DNA of 64,000 bases from Eledone cirrhosa (lineage: Eukaryota), in the NCBI GenBank assembly GCA_964016885.1, contig OZ024757.1, forward strand, positions 21,266,001 through 21,330,000, read 5' to 3'. The notes under the pieces were generated by a model that was given only the letters and a program-made list of their open reading frames with translations, did not search any database and had not been told where the DNA came from. A program made the translations under genes and the position numbers. This document shows, in pieces, positions 40,848 through 59,887 of the stretch (position 1 is the first letter of the stretch; every line of letters starts with the position of its first letter).

Positions 40848-41175
40848 CATCATCATCATCATCATTTTACATCCACGTTTCCCTGCTTGCAAGGGTGGGA
40901 CGGGAACTGATTCTGGCTCGATTTCTACAGCTGGATGCCCTTCCTAACACCAACCTCATTTACAGTGAGTGCTGGGTGCTTTTTTCCCGTGGCACCTCCA
41001 CGACCACTTTGCAGTGGAATGATATGGACCCCTATCATCTCATTTCTACAGCTGAGTAAACTGGAGCAATGTGAAATAAAGTGTCTTGCTCAAGGAAACA
41101 ACACATCACCCGGTCTGAGAATTGAACTCACAGCCTTTCGATTGCAAGGCCAATGCTCTAACCACTAAGCCATGT
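40848..41175 (-). mobile_element. SINE family A
   Basis: As for the other A copies. Confidence 0.85.
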
Positions 41176-41646
41176 GTATATATATAAATATATATATGTA
41201 TATATATACATTTGGCAGTGTTGTGACAAGGAGGAGCAAGACACCAAGATTAAAAATATTTCAAAGGTTTATTTTTTTTTTTAGCTTGTGTTACGTCTTT
41301 TTATACAGAAAATCCCCCCACTGTAGGGTCCTGTACTTTCTTTAAGGTTTTCTTAATGTCAGCCCTGTATTATTATTATTACAATTATTATTAGAGGCAG
41401 TGGATTGGCAGTATCAGTAGAGTGTCGGACGCTGTGCTTTCCGGCACAGAGTTACGGCCCTTTGCGTTCTCAGTTATCCTACGGAGATTAGTTTTGCCTT
41501 TCATCCTTAAGAATAACAATAATAACAAAGGTAGCAAAGGAAATAATAAAACTTATCAATTTATAAGTTGTTTTATTTTAATCTTATTTTGTTTGTGGAA
41601 GTGCTGCATGTGTGTGTGTGTGTGTGAGAGAGGGGGGAGAATGGGA

Positions 41647-41701
<55 letters not shown>

Positions 41702-42474
41702 GGGTTGAGGGAGAGATAGGGGGGGGGGTTATTGTGTGTGTGGGGGGGGGTGAGATAAGGTAAGAGAGAATGTTTCATAAACTTGTTCTTGGCATTGATG
41801 TGGAAACTAAGTGGGGAGGTTAACAACAACAACAACACCACCACCACCACCAATGACATCACCACCAACACCACGACCAATACCACTAACACCACCAACA
41901 CCACCAATACCACCACCAATACCAACACCAACAACACCACCAATACCACCACCACCAACACCACCAACCACCAATACCACCACCGCCACCACCACCACCA
42001 GCACCAACAATAATAGCACCACCACCACCACCACCAATACCACCACCGCCACCACCACCAGCACCAACAATAATAGCACCACCACCACCACCAATACCAC
42101 CACCACCGCCATCAATACCACAACCAACAACAAATTAATTGAAAAAAAAAAAAGCAAGCCAAAACAAAATATAAAATGGAATATTGTAAGAATTGTGTTA
42201 GAATTCAGTTGATGAAGTATATTGTGTTTGATGATAAACACAAAGAAATATTGAACGAGGGAACCTTCAAGTTAATCTTCACCAACAAATATTGCAAAAG
42301 GGCTTCTCAAAGATGAAAAGAAATTTTAAAAAAAAAAAAAAAAAAAACTTTAAAGGATGCAGGGAGAAAAAAAAAATAGAAAAAAAAAATTGGAAGGAAA
42401 AAGATCCCGCAGAAAATAATGTGAATTTCTGTATGTTTGAGGAGGGGTTACATTCCTGAGAATTAAAATTCAGC

Positions 42475-42871
42475 ACATACACACCCACCCCCACTCTACC
42501 TTACCCCTTAAATTCAACACCCATACACACCCACCCCCACTCTACCTTACCCCTCAAATGCAACATCCATACACACCCACCCCCACTCTACCTTACCCCT
42601 CAAATTCAACATCCATACAGCCCCAACCCCACTCTACCTTACCCCTCAAATTCAACATCCATACACACCCACCCTCCACTCTACCTTACCCCTCAAATTC
42701 AACATCCATACACACCCACCCCCACTCTACCTTACCCCTCAAATTCAACATCCATACACACCCACCCCCACTCTACCTTACCCCTCAAATTCAACACCCA
42801 TACACCCCCACCCACCTTACCCCTCAAATTCAACATCTATACACCCCCACCCCCACTCTACCTTACCCCTC
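42475..42871. repeat. About 46-bp C-rich minisatellite (ccccactctaccttacccctcaaattcaacatccatacacacccac), about 8-9 copies
   Basis: Direct inspection. Confidence 0.9.
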
Positions 42872-42962
42872 AATAAAACAAGCAATACAGGTGTTGAAGT
42901 TAATCTAGTAACAAGGTGATAAACAAGTGGCTTTGTAGAGGTTTACAGGAGATAAATAGTAA

Positions 42963-44845
42963 CAATTGTTTCTACTTTTGGCACAAGGCCAGCAATTACT
43001 CCAGTGTATTACTGGTACTTTATTTTCTCGACCCCCCGTAAGGATGAAAAGCAAAGTTAACCTCAACGGGATTTGAACTCAGATCATAAAGGGACGTAAC
43101 TCTTTGCTGCAAAGCATGGCGTCTGACCCTCTACTGATACTGCCATACGTTTGGCACAAGGCCAGCAATTACCCCAGTGTATTACTGGTACTTTATTTTC
43201 TCGACCCCCCGTAAGGATGAAAGGCAAAGTTAACTTCAACGGGATTTGAACTCAGATCACAAAGGGACGTCAAAGCATGGCGTCTGACCCTCTACTGATA
43301 CTGCCATACTTTTGGCACAAGGCCAGCAATTACCCCAGTGTATTACTGGTAATTTATTTTATCGACCCCCGTAAGGATGAAAGGCAAAGTTAACCTTGGC
43401 AGGATATGAACCCAGACCGTAAAGGGCCGTAACTCTAAGCATAGTGTCCGACCCTCTACCGAGATAAGTAATGGAAATGGTTTCTTTATTCACCACAAGG
43501 GTTAACATTAAGAAAACATAGGGACCACATAGGACAAAAACAGAGAGTGTATCAGTGTGTGTGTGTCAGCGTGTGTGTGTGTCAGCGTGTGTGTGTGTCA
43601 GCATGCGTGTGTGTGTGGCAGTGTGTGTGCGTCAGTGTGTGTATGTGGGTTTTGCAAGTAATAATAATAATAAATATATAAAATAACAATAAAGAAAGAC
43701 AAAGAAAATAGTAGAGGAATAAAAAGAAAAGGCAAACAAAGAAAAAAATATTTAGAAAATAACTGTAATAATGATGAAAAAATATATTTAAAAACTAAAT
43801 GAAATAAAAAGAAAATGGAGGAAAAGTGAAAATATTGGAAAAGGTAGCGAGGTTAGGATGAAAAGAACAAACAATTTGTTGCGGAAACTTTTCTGTTAAT
43901 ATCCTAAAATTTTAATAATATTCCAAAATTTGATTTGTTTCAAGGTCCCTTCAACAACAATCATAAAATAATAATTGTTTCGACTTTTGGCACAAGGCCA
44001 GCAATTACTCAGTGCATTACTGGTACTTTATTTTATCGACCCCATGAGGATGAAATGCAAAGTTAATTAACCTCGGCAGGATTTGAACTGAGACCATACA
44101 GGGCCGTAACTCTTTGCTGCAAAGCATGGCGTCCGACCCTCTACCGATACTGCCAATCCACCATAAAATAAATAATAATTGTTTCTGATTTAGGCACAAG
44201 GCCAGCAATTTTGGTTAAATCAACTCCAGTGCATTACTGGTACTTTATTTTATTGACTCTATAAGGAGGGAAGGCAAAGCTAACCTTGGTGGGATTTGAA
44301 CACAGAAGGGGCTGTAAATATATGCCACAAAGCATGGTGTCTGATGCTCTACCAACACTGCTCTTGATAATGGTTTTTGTGGGAGGAAAGAGAGGAAAGA
44401 TGATTATATCAACCCCAATGCATTACTGGTACTTTATTTTAATTCATTGATCCCCCATAAGGATGAAAGGTAAAGTTAACCTTGGTGGGATTTGAACATA
44501 GACTGTAAAATACCATAACTATATGCTCCATTAGAGCATGTTATCTGACACTCTAACGATTTTACCAACCTCAAAATTATAATAAATATAATACTACTAA
44601 ATGATTTCTACTATAGGCACAAGGCCAGCAATTTTGGGGGAAGGGAAAGTCGATTAAATCGACCCCAGTGCGTGCGTGACTGGTACTTTATTTTATCGAC
44701 CCCGTAAGGATGAAAGGCAAAGTTAACCTCGGTGGGATTTGAACATAGACTGTAAAATACCATAACTATATGCTGCATTAGAGCATGTTATACGACACTC
44801 TAACGATTATACCAACCTCAAAATTATAATAAATATAATACTACA
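42963..44845 (-). mobile_element. Dense same-strand SINE B clusters (tandem trimer 42963-43460; 4-5 copies 43975-44845, including a duplication of about 250 bp)
   Basis: ttggcacaagg at 42978, 43151 and 43312; gaacatagactgtaaaataccataac..cctcaaaattataataaatataatactac occurs twice. Confidence 0.85.
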
Positions 44846-45261
44846 ATAAAAAATAATAAATTATAACGCGGCAACAATTTCCATAATAACAAATAATAAT
44901 AGAATATAACTCGACAACAATTTCCCCACAACAAACCCTGACAAATAATTGCACAGGAGTTAAATAAAAACAAGAGAAAATTTGAGAACATGAAATAAGT
45001 TTAATTGTGTGGAGTATGGCAGCAGGGAAGGAGAAGTTCATTTCATTTTGATCAAAAAAGATGTTGTCTCTCTCCACTCCCTTTCCACGTAATAGATTTA
45101 CAGCACTGAAGCATAAACAGATGAAAGGAATATTTACTATGTGTGCTCCACTGCTTATATTCAACATGGCTCACCTGTTAGGAGGGAAGGCACTGACATT
45201 CTACGGAACTCTTCTAATGGAATGGAGTTTTGATATAATTTTGAAAAATAGATTATTGATA

Positions 45262-45967
45262 GGCATGGCTGGGTGGATGGATGGCTGGGTAGATGGATGG
45301 CTGGCTGGGTGGGTAGGTGGCTGGCTGGCTGGGTGGGTGGGTGGATGGCTGGGTGGGTAGATGACTGGGTTGGGTGGATGGCTGGCTGGGTGGATGGCTG
45401 GCTGGGTGGATGGCTGGGTGGGTAGATGACTGGGTTGGGTGGATGGCTGGCTGGGTGGATGGCTGGGTGGGTGGATGGCTGAGCTAGCTATGTAACCATG
45501 TGGTTTGGGGATTGTCTCTGCCTGGCACCTGCAGCAAGTGGATCCTGAAATAGCCTCAGGCTGACCAATGTCTTGGGAGTGGAATTTGGTAGATGGAAAC
45601 TATACAAGGACTGCTGTGTGAGAGAGAGAGAGAGAGTGTGTGTGTGTGTGAGAGAGAGTGAGAGAGTGTGTGTGTGTGTGAGAGAGAGTGTGTGTGGGGT
45701 GGGTGGGGTGAGAGAGTGTGTGAGAGAGAGTGTGTGAGAGAGAGAGTGTGTGAGAGAGAGAGTGGGTGAGAGAGAGAGTGTGTGTGAGAGAGAGAGAATG
45801 TGTGTGTGAGAGAGAGTGAGTGTGTGAGAGAGAGAGTGAGTGTGTGAGAGAGAGAGTGAGTGTGTCAGAGAGAGAGAGAGAGAAAGAGAGAGTGTGTGTG
45901 TGTGAGAGAGTGAGTGAGTGAGTGTGTGTGTGAGAGAGAGTGTGTGTGTGTGTGTGGGTGTGAGAGA

Positions 45968-46015
<48 letters not shown>

Positions 46016-46490
46016 GAGAGAGAGGAGAGAGAGAGAGTGTGTGTGAGAGAGAGTGTGTGTGTGTGGGTGTGAGAGAGTGTGTGAGAGAGAGAGAGTGTGT
46101 GTGAGAGAGAGAGAATGTGTGTGTGTGAGAGAGAGTGAGTGTGAGAGAGAGTGAGTGTGTGAGAGAGAGAGAGAGAGAAAGAGAGAGTGTGTGTGAGAGA
46201 GAGAGAGAGTGAGTGAGTGAGTGTGTGTGTGTGTGAGAGAGTGTGTGTGTGTGAGAGAGAGAGTGTGTGTGTGTGAGAGAGAGAGAGTGTGTGTGAGAGA
46301 GAGAGAGTGTGTGAGAGAGAGAGAGAGTGTGTGTGAGAGAGAGAGAGTGAGAGTGAGGGTGTGTGTGAGAGAGAATTAGTGTGTGTGTGTGAGAGACAGA
46401 GAGTATGTGTGTGTGTTTGTGTGAGAAAGAGAGAGAGGAAGTGTGTGTGTGTGTGTGTGAGGGAGAGAGAGTGTGTATGTGTGTGAGATA
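45262..46490. repeat. (GGCT/GGGT/GGAT)n and (GA)n/(GT)n compound microsatellites
   Basis: Direct inspection. Confidence 0.9.
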
Positions 46491-47280
46491 GTACTGGTCT
46501 GCAACTTTTTTTATCGACCTCGAAAATTTGAATAAAGTTGACTTCAGTTGGTTTTGAACTGAGAATGAAGAGAGTCATAACAAATACTGGAAAGTATGAC
46601 ATCCAATGTTGTAACAATTGCACCGTGTCGCCCCCTGTTAGATTGTTAAGTGATTGTTCAATGAGGCCAAACTGAAAAATGCCATTAAAACTGTGAGCAG
46701 TAAGTTAATTATAGAGAGATTATAATGTCCAAGACTGACCCTCAGCCAGTATTTCAATACATTCCTCTCTGAGTCACTGGTCAGAGCAAGTTGGTCATTC
46801 ACTGACCAAAACCTGAATGGTCAATGGCTTACAAGTTTCCCAATGGACACTGACAACGATATCAATGGAACTGACCAATGATGACGACAATAAGGAAAAG
46901 AGCTGAATATTATATTTCAAGAAAAATCTTTCCCTTTGATCATTATGCCAGAAGTTAAATTCCATTCTCTTAGTCATAGAAACCTTAACACTTTTACTAC
47001 CACATCTCTCATGAACGACACAGTTTATGATTTTCAGAAAATAACCAAGAATTTGGATGTGTTTAGTCATATAACTTTCTCATTTTAAACCTGCTGTTTG
47101 TGAACATAACTTAACTAAGGTTCTTAGATGAAATTGTTACGATAGTTCACTTGAAAGACACTCTTTTACCTGTTTCAGCCATCCGGCTGAGGCCATGCTG
47201 GGGCACCGCCCTTGCCACTGCCTATGTTTTTCAAATAATTTTGAAAATAATCAGGTATTTAGTAATATAATTTTCTCATT

Positions 47281-47814
47281 CCCTTTAGCATTCACATTAC
47301 TATATATATAGTATTATATTTCAAATCCCGCCGAGGTTAACTTTGCCTTTCATCCTTACGGGGTCGATAAAATAAAGTACCAGTAATACACTGGGAAATT
47401 TCTGGCCTTGTGCCTAACGTAGAAACAATTATATTTCTATATATACTATTATATTATATTTTTATAGCGGTGGATTGGCAGTTTCGGTAGAGGGTTGGAC
47501 GCCATGCTTTCCAGCATAGTTACGTCCCTTTACGATCTGAGTTCAAATCCCGCCGAGGTTGACTTTGCCTTTCATCCTTACGGGGTCGATAAAATAAAGT
47601 ACCAGTAATGTACTGGGTAATTGCTGGCCTTGTGCCTAAAGTGGAAACAATTATATTTTCATGGTAAAGGCTTTACCTCACATAATATCGAACCTATGAG
47701 ATTTTGAAAGTATTTATTTTGAGAACAATACCTTAACACCAGTTTGAGTGACCAGTTACAGCCAGTTTCAACAGAAAGAGGTAGAGAATTCTGGCCGGTT
47801 TGAACATTAAAGGG
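47281..47814. mobile_element. piggyBac-type MITE copy carrying two SINE B insertions
   Basis: ccctttagcattca ... tgaacattaaaggg-ttaa; SINE B at about 47320-47432 and 47467-47652. Confidence 0.8.
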
Positions 47815-48434
47815 TTAAGCTGTTGTTTGAGACATAATTTTAACCATATTACTGCCATATCTCTCACGAAAGACACAGCTTATGATTTTTCAGAGAATTA
47901 TAAATATAATCAAGAACTTGGAGGGAATTAGCAATACATTGTATACAGTCATATATAAGCCAGGGGAATATGTGACCAAAATATCGAGGGTCAAAACTTA
48001 TACACAGGCTCAATAGTTTGACGGTTTTCACCAACTTTAAATTCTACATAAATAAGGTTTCGATTTTTACCCATTTCTCAGACATAAAATAGTGGGATTG
48101 GCTTCTATTCGTATCAGCTTATATTAGAGTATATACAGTAATTTTCTCAGTATTAAGCTGCTGTTTCGGATCATAACTTAACAAAGGTTCTTACATAGCA
48201 GTGTTAAGATATTTCACTTGACAGACACTACCTATGTTTTTAAGATAAACAATACAAATTTTTTTTTTTAAATGGATGGTCAAGGATAGAATCTCTTTGA
48301 TCATAGGTCTGCTTGATGAAGCTTGGCCTAGGGCTAAACAATGCCCACAGCAACACCACTAAAAACTCCTCATGAAGGTGAATCATCAATGAGGCAGAAT
48401 TTCTATTAGAAAGCAGAGACCACATCATGTTTGT

Positions 48435-53090
<4,656 letters not shown>

Positions 53091-55149
53091 AGCAATAGAA
53101 CCCTACCAAAATGGAAGATATGAGCAAGACATTGGAGAGTCTGACAACTGTTTACATTCTGTACTAGTGACCACATATACTTTAATATAAGTCAACCCCC
53201 TATTGTAGTCACTCCTCCACCTATTTCAGCCCCCCCCCCCCCCTATTTTAGTCACCCCCCCACTATTTCAGTCAACCCTACCTATTTCAGTTAACCCCCC
53301 ATTTCAGTCTCCCCTCCTATTCAGTCACCCCCCTATTTCAGCCCCCCCCCCCCATACTATTTCATCAATTACACCAGTGCATTACTGGTTCTTTATTTTA
53401 TCGACTCCGTAAGGATGAAAGGCAAAGTTAACCTCGGTGGGTTTTGAACTCAGAATGGAAAGGGCCATAACTCTGTGCTGCAAAGCACAGCGTCCGACCC
53501 TCTACCAATACTGCCAATTCACCAATAATAATAATAATAATGAGGATGATGATGATGGTAATAATCATTTCTAATCTCGGCCCAGGGTTTGCAATTTATG
53601 GGGAGGGAAAAGTCAACATAAAAAGAGAAGGTCAGGAATGAGTTACAACGACAAGATCATCAACAACAATGATGACAATTTTTTAATATTTGGAGATTAT
53701 ACTATATAGTTCAGCTGATGATCCCAAACAAGGTCGAAATGTCACCAGTTATCTCCCTTACTCTTTACTGATATAAAAAGATAAAATTTGTCATCCAGAG
53801 GTATTTTAAAATTTGCTCCACATTTTAGATGTTGTCATCCTTAATGTTTTTATGAAATGTTGCAAATATTAATAACACTTTCCCCACCCAAGAGAGAGAG
53901 AGAGAATAAGGGGAACAGAGAGGGGGAGCGAGAGAGTAGGGTGAACAGAGAGGGGGGAGCGAGGGAGTAGGGGAACAGAGAGAGGGAGATAGAGAGTAGG
54001 GGAACAGAGAGAGAAAGATAAACAGTCAGAGAAATGTTGTACACATTCAAACACACACACACACATAAGACACTTTGACACATAAACACACTAACACACA
54101 CATACACATATTCACACACCAACAGACACTAACATACTTTCACACACCAACAGACACTAACACAATACAAACATACAAACACACACATAACCACAAACAT
54201 ACACAAACACACACATTCACAAACACACACATACACACAACGAAACACACACACAATACACACAAACACACACACAAACACACACACACACACAAACGCA
54301 CAAACACACAAACACACACAAACACCCACAAACACAAACACCCACACACAAACACAAACACCCACACACAAACAAACACCCACACACCCACACACAAATA
54401 CACACACAAACACACAGAAACACACACACAAACACCCACACACCCAAACACACAAACACCCGCACACAAACACAAACAAACACAAACACACACACACAAA
54501 CACCCACACACACAAACACACACACACAAACCCACACAAACACACACAAACCCACACAAACACCCACACAAACTGAGTTTGTGAAGGAATAAGTGAAAGT
54601 ATGAAATTGCTGCTCCAATTCCCTGGCAAGAGATGTCCCCACAACAAAGAAGAAGAAAAAGAAGATAACTGTTTAGAATCTCCTTAACCTGAGGGATCAG
54701 TGTTAACATTTATTATAAGGATCATATATTATATGGGGTGTGGGGGGTTGGGGTATGAAGGTGGGGGTAGGGTGGTGACGGTGGGTGGATATGGGGGTTG
54801 TGGATATGGTGGGCGGGGTGGAGATGGTGGGGTGGGGGTGGATGTGGGGGTTGTGGATATGGTGGGTGGGGCGGAGATGGTGGTGGGGTGGAGATGGTGG
54901 GTGTTGGTGGAGATGGTGGGTGGGGTGGAGATGGTGGGTGTTGGTGGAGATGGTGGGGTGGGGGGTGGATATGGGGTGGGTGGGTGTGTGTGAGGGGGTA
55001 TTGGGATGTGTGAGGTGGAATGAGGGTGGGTGAGGTGGGGGGGGGATATGGAGTGTTGTAGAGTGGGGGTGCGGTGTGGATGGTGGGGGTAGATGGTGGG
55101 GGTTGGATGTGGGGTCGATATATAGATGAAGGTGTGGTAGATATGGAGG

Positions 55150-55885
55150 TAGAGGTGGCACTCAGGGTGGTGAGGGGCCAGAGTGGTGAGGTGGCACTCA
55201 GGGTGGTGAGGTGGCACTCAGGGTGGTGAGGTGCAACTCAGGGTTGTGAGGTGCAACTCAGAGTGGTGAGGTGCAACTCAGGGTGGTGAGGTGCAACTCA
55301 GGGTGGTGAGGTGGCAGTCAAGGTGGTGAGGTGGCACTCAGGGTGGTGAGGTGGCACTCAGGGTGGTGAGGTGGCACTCAGGGTGGTGAGGTGGCAGGGT
55401 GGTGAAGAGGTAAGGTGGTGAGGGGCCAGGGTGGTGAGGTGCCAGGGTGGTGAGGGGCCAGGGTGGTGAGGTGCCAGGGTGGTGAGGGGCCAGGGTGGTG
55501 AGGTGCCAGGGTGGTGAGATGGCACCCAGGTTGGTGAGGTGGCAGGGTGGTGAGGTGCCAGGGTGGTGAGGTGCCAGGGTGGTGAGGTGCCAGGGTGGTG
55601 AAGGGGAAGCATGGTGAGGTGCCAGGGTGGTGAAGGGGAAGCATGGTGAGGTGCCAGGGTGGTGAGATGGCACCCAGGTTGGTGAGGTGCCAGGGTGGTG
55701 AGATGGCACCCAGGTTGGTGAGGTGGCAGGGTGGTGAGGTGCCAGGGTGGTGAGGTGCCAGGGTGGTGAGGGGCCAGGGTGGTGAAGGGGAAGCATGGTG
55801 AGGTGCCAGGGTGGTGAGATGGCACCCAGGTTGGTGAGGTGGCAGGGTGGTGAGGGGCCAGGGTGGTGAGGGGCCACTCAATCTG
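55150..55885. repeat. G-rich 16-20-bp minisatellite (gggtggtgaggtggcactca / gggtggtgaggtgcca) with higher-order variants
   Basis: Direct inspection. Confidence 0.9.
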
Positions 55886-56319
55886 GTGAGGGACCAGGGT
55901 GAACTCTCTTTAATGTTATATCACATAGAAACTGTAAAATAGATAACACACTTTTTGATATTTGTATTTATTATATTACATGTACTCACACAGATAGATG
56001 TACACACACACACAAACACACACACATGTACTAACACACACATGTACTCACACAGATAGATGTACACACACACACACACACACACACATGTACTAACACA
56101 CACATGTACTCACACAGATAGATGTACACACACACACAAACACACACACATGTACTAACACACACATGTACTCACACAGAGATATATATACACACACTCA
56201 CAAACACTATAACATATACATGCACATACTTACACATTCACAAAGACACGCACTTACACAGATACAGATCAGCACTCACACCACAGTGTGTGTGTGTGTG
56301 TCTATAGATATATATATAT

Positions 56320-56704
56320 GTCTGTCTGATGGTAGCTAAGATGCTTCCATAGGTGGTATGCCGGTTGAGTACTCTATGCTCTTACAGAGCAGAGTATGGT
56401 AGAATAGAAAACGAAAAATCAGTGATGCATCTGAACTCAATTTATTGTGTGTTACAATTGTTTCGCCGGCAGACAGCTCGAGGCGCGATCATTGTGTGGA
56501 TCTGTCTGATTCTGGACCCGCAGGTTCGACGGACATGTCTAATGATTTTGGAGCATATTCTCCGAAATCATTAGACGTGTCCGTCGAACCTGCGGGTCCA
56601 GAATCAGACAGATCCACACAATGATCGCGCCTCGAGCTGTCTGCCGGCGAAACAATTGTAACACACAATAAATTGAGTTCAGATGCATCACTGATTTTTC
56701 GTTT

Positions 56705-56705
<1 letters not shown>
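56320..56705 (-). mobile_element. Asymmetric-palindrome element family P4: 146-bp near-perfect hairpin plus extension, with hammerhead 3' half
   Basis: Arms 56408-56553 and 56560-56705 (2 mismatches, loop catatt); GAAA caattg TA at 56649-56660; extension 56320-56407; TA flanks. Confidence 0.75.
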
Positions 56706-56758
<53 letters not shown>

Positions 56759-57343
56759 CGTTTCTGAATTTGTTTAGCAAGATTCTTTATCTGAAATCGT
56801 GTGTTGAAACCGATATTGTTATACTTTGGGAGGGTCATGTTGCCAATAAGAAACACACGCACCAGTTGCTTTCACTTCAATTTATTATATATTTATAAAT
56901 TTATAAATCTACAAATCTACAAATTTATAAATTTCTGGTTGGTTGGTTGGTTCCACAACCAGATAGTTGTTTATATATAGTCATAGTCCTTTCGTCACAC
57001 ACTCTGTGACCTCTTCAGTGACTGGGGATTCCTTTCTTTGTCTCTGTGCCTTTCCTTTCTTCTGTCCTACGCCATTTTGTTTCTGTGTGTGTGTTGTGTG
57101 CTCATTTTGCGCATGCGCCACATCCGGGTGTCTGTGTGTGTTTGTGTTCATTTATCTATTTGTTTATTTATTTATTTACATGTTGTTGGTTGGTTGTTTG
57201 TTCTATGTGTGTGTGTGTTTTCATTTTGTCCTTAATTGTAAGTTGTGATGTTGCTGTTCCACTCATATTTTCTATTTAATTTTGGTTGTAATTCTTTTAT
57301 GTTTACTGCCTCTGTAATTTGTCTAAACATTGCATCTTTTCTG

Positions 57344-57470
57344 GAGTGGTTAGAGAATTGGATTCACAATCTTGAGGTTGTGAGTTCGATTCCTGGACCG
57401 GGCGATGCGTTATGTCCTTGAGCAAGACACTTTATTTCACGTTGCTCCTTCTACCTGGAGTTGCGACTAA
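57344..57470 (+). mobile_element. Old tRNA-derived SINE head related to family A
   Basis: gagtggttagag..ggttgtgagttcgattcctggaccgggc..tccttgagcaagacactttatttcacgttgctcc. Confidence 0.7.
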
Positions 57471-58225
57471 TAGATAGTACTAGCAACTGGAAAGACTAAC
57501 GGAAACATTGTTTCCTCGGTCTGATTTGATGAAAGTCGATCGATATCTACACACACACACACATATATATAGATATTATCATCCCTTAATGTCCATTTGT
57601 CTACGCTTGCATGGGTTAGACAGGTTGTCATGTTATGAGACAAGTCATGGTCTGGAAACCACATCATGCTCATATGTGTATATATGAGAGAGGGAGAGAG
57701 AGAGAGAGAGAGAGAGAGTCTTCTCTCATGTTTATATTTTCTTTGCTGTGCCTACAACTTTAGAAATATATTTTCTGCAGAATATTGCATTTTTTTCATA
57801 TTTGATTTTTAAAAAAACTAATATATATTGTACAATATATTAAAAATAAATATATCACATTATATTAAAAAAATATATATATTTTGTACAATCTGTTAAA
57901 AATAAATATATTATATCTAAAAAAATATTTAAAAAAAATCTAGCTTTGACATTTAAATTTGCATTTTTTCTTTTTTTTTTTTTGGCGTATTTTTTCTGAT
58001 TCTTCTTTTCATCTGATTCACAATTCTGTCATTTTGACACAACATAATATACAAATAATTGTTTCTACTTTAGGCACAAGGCCAGACATTTGGGGGGGGG
58101 GGGGGTAGTCTATTGAATCACCCCCAGTGTATTACTGGTACTTTAATTCATCTATCCCGAAAGGATGAATAATAATCATAACAATAAAATATATAAATTT
58201 AATAATATTTAAATAAAGAATATAA

Positions 58226-58386
58226 TAATTGTTTCTACTTTAGGCACAAGGCCAGCAATTATCCCAGTGCATTACTGGTACTTTATTTTATCGACCCCGT
58301 AAGGATGAAAGGCAAAGTCAACCTCGGCGGGATTTGAACTCAGATCGTAAAGGGACGTAACTATGCTGGAAAGCATGGCATCCGAT
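58226..58386 (-). mobile_element. 5'-truncated SINE B with TSD taaagaatatataat
   Basis: Direct repeat on both flanks. Confidence 0.85.
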
Positions 58387-58919
58387 ATAAAGAATATAAT
58401 AATGATACCATCCAACTGACTGGGATATTATAATAACAAATTGAAGTGAAACTCAACAGGTGAGTGTGTTATTTATTGGCAGCATGACCCTACCAAACTT
58501 ATTAGCTGTCGAGGCACTGCATCCTTTAAAACCTCCATGCTTCCTGAGATTCGCCAACACTACAGCTAATATTCCCCCTCCATTCACATACACACGTGTA
58601 TATCATGACTCATACACTATTCACTTCCCTGACATTTGTGTATTATTCTATGTACTATACATGCACCTTTGACGAGTTGTAGTGCACCTGAGCACTGTGC
58701 ATAATAATTTCATTATTTTATTTTTATTATAACAATATATAGTTGTCCCCAGTATTTACAAGGGTTATGTTCCTGGAGCATCCACAAACAGTAAAAACCA
58801 CGAATATTGGACTTGGTCCATAAAAATGCCTGTAAATGTCAAAACAATGTAAAATATAGGCCAGCAAATACTGTATATTATTAATAATTTAGTGTTAAAA
58901 AGCATGAAAAAAATATATA

Positions 58920-59745
58920 TTGGTTTCTTATATAGGCACAAGGCCAGCAATTTTAGGGGAGGGGAAAGTCAATTAAATCGACCCCAGTACATTACTGGTA
59001 CTTTATTTTAGCGACCCCGTAAGGATGAAAGGCAAAGTTAACCTCAGCGGGATTTGAACTCAGATCATAAAGGGCCGTAACTTTTTATGATCTGAGTTCA
59101 AATATATATCGTTTCTACTTTAGGCACAAGGCCAGCAATTACCCAGTGCATTACTGGTACTTTATTTTATCGACCCCGTAAGGATGAAAGGCAAAGTTAA
59201 CCACAGTGGGATTTGAACTCAGATCATAAAGGGCCGTAACTTTTTATGATCTGAGTTCAAATATATATTGTTTCTACTTTAGGCACAAGGCCAGCAATTA
59301 CCCAGTGCATTACTGGTACTTTATTTTATCGACCCCCGTAAGGATGAAAGGCAAAGTTAACCTCAGCGGGATTTGAACTCAGATCATAAAGGGCCGTAAC
59401 TTTTTATGATCTGAGTTCAAATATATATTGTTTCTACTTTAGGCACAAGGCCAGCAATTACCCAGTGCATTACTGGTACTTTATTTTAGCGACCCCGTAA
59501 GGATGAAAGGCAAAGTTAACCTCAGTGGGATTTGAACTCAGATCATAAAGGGCCGTAACTTTTTATGATCTGAGTTCAAATATATATCGTTTCTACTTTA
59601 GGCACAAGGCCAGCAATTACCCAGTGCATTACTGGTACTTTATTTTATCGACCCCGTAAGGATGAAAGGCAAAGTTAACCTCAGCGGGATTTGAACTCAG
59701 ATCATAAAGGGCCGTAACTTTTTATGATCTGAGTTCAAATATATA
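58920..59745 (-). repeat. Five 159-160-bp units of truncated SINE B, each ending in a 20-bp fold-back hairpin
   Basis: atttgaactcagatcataaa gggccgtaactt tttatgatctgagttcaaat at 59052, 59211, 59371, 59530 and 59689. Confidence 0.95.
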
Positions 59746-59887
59746 TTGCAACGAAAAAAGCCATTAAAAAAATCATGGAAGATTTTTATTATTCCGCGAA
59801 TATGCGGTCGTTTCCATGAATAATTATTAATTAGGTTCTGAGGAAAGTTTCGTGAATAAGCAGGACTGTGAATGCCAGGAGTACACT

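Noticed and set aside
53705-53750. ctgatga tcccaaacaaggtc gaaa tgtc hammerhead-like string
   Set aside because: Stem II is imperfect and no convincing stem I or stem III can be formed; at best a heavily decayed relic.
58740-59870. Possible Tigger/pogo-like remnant around the SINE array
   Set aside because: The ends are too degenerate to establish matching TIRs or a TA TSD by eye.
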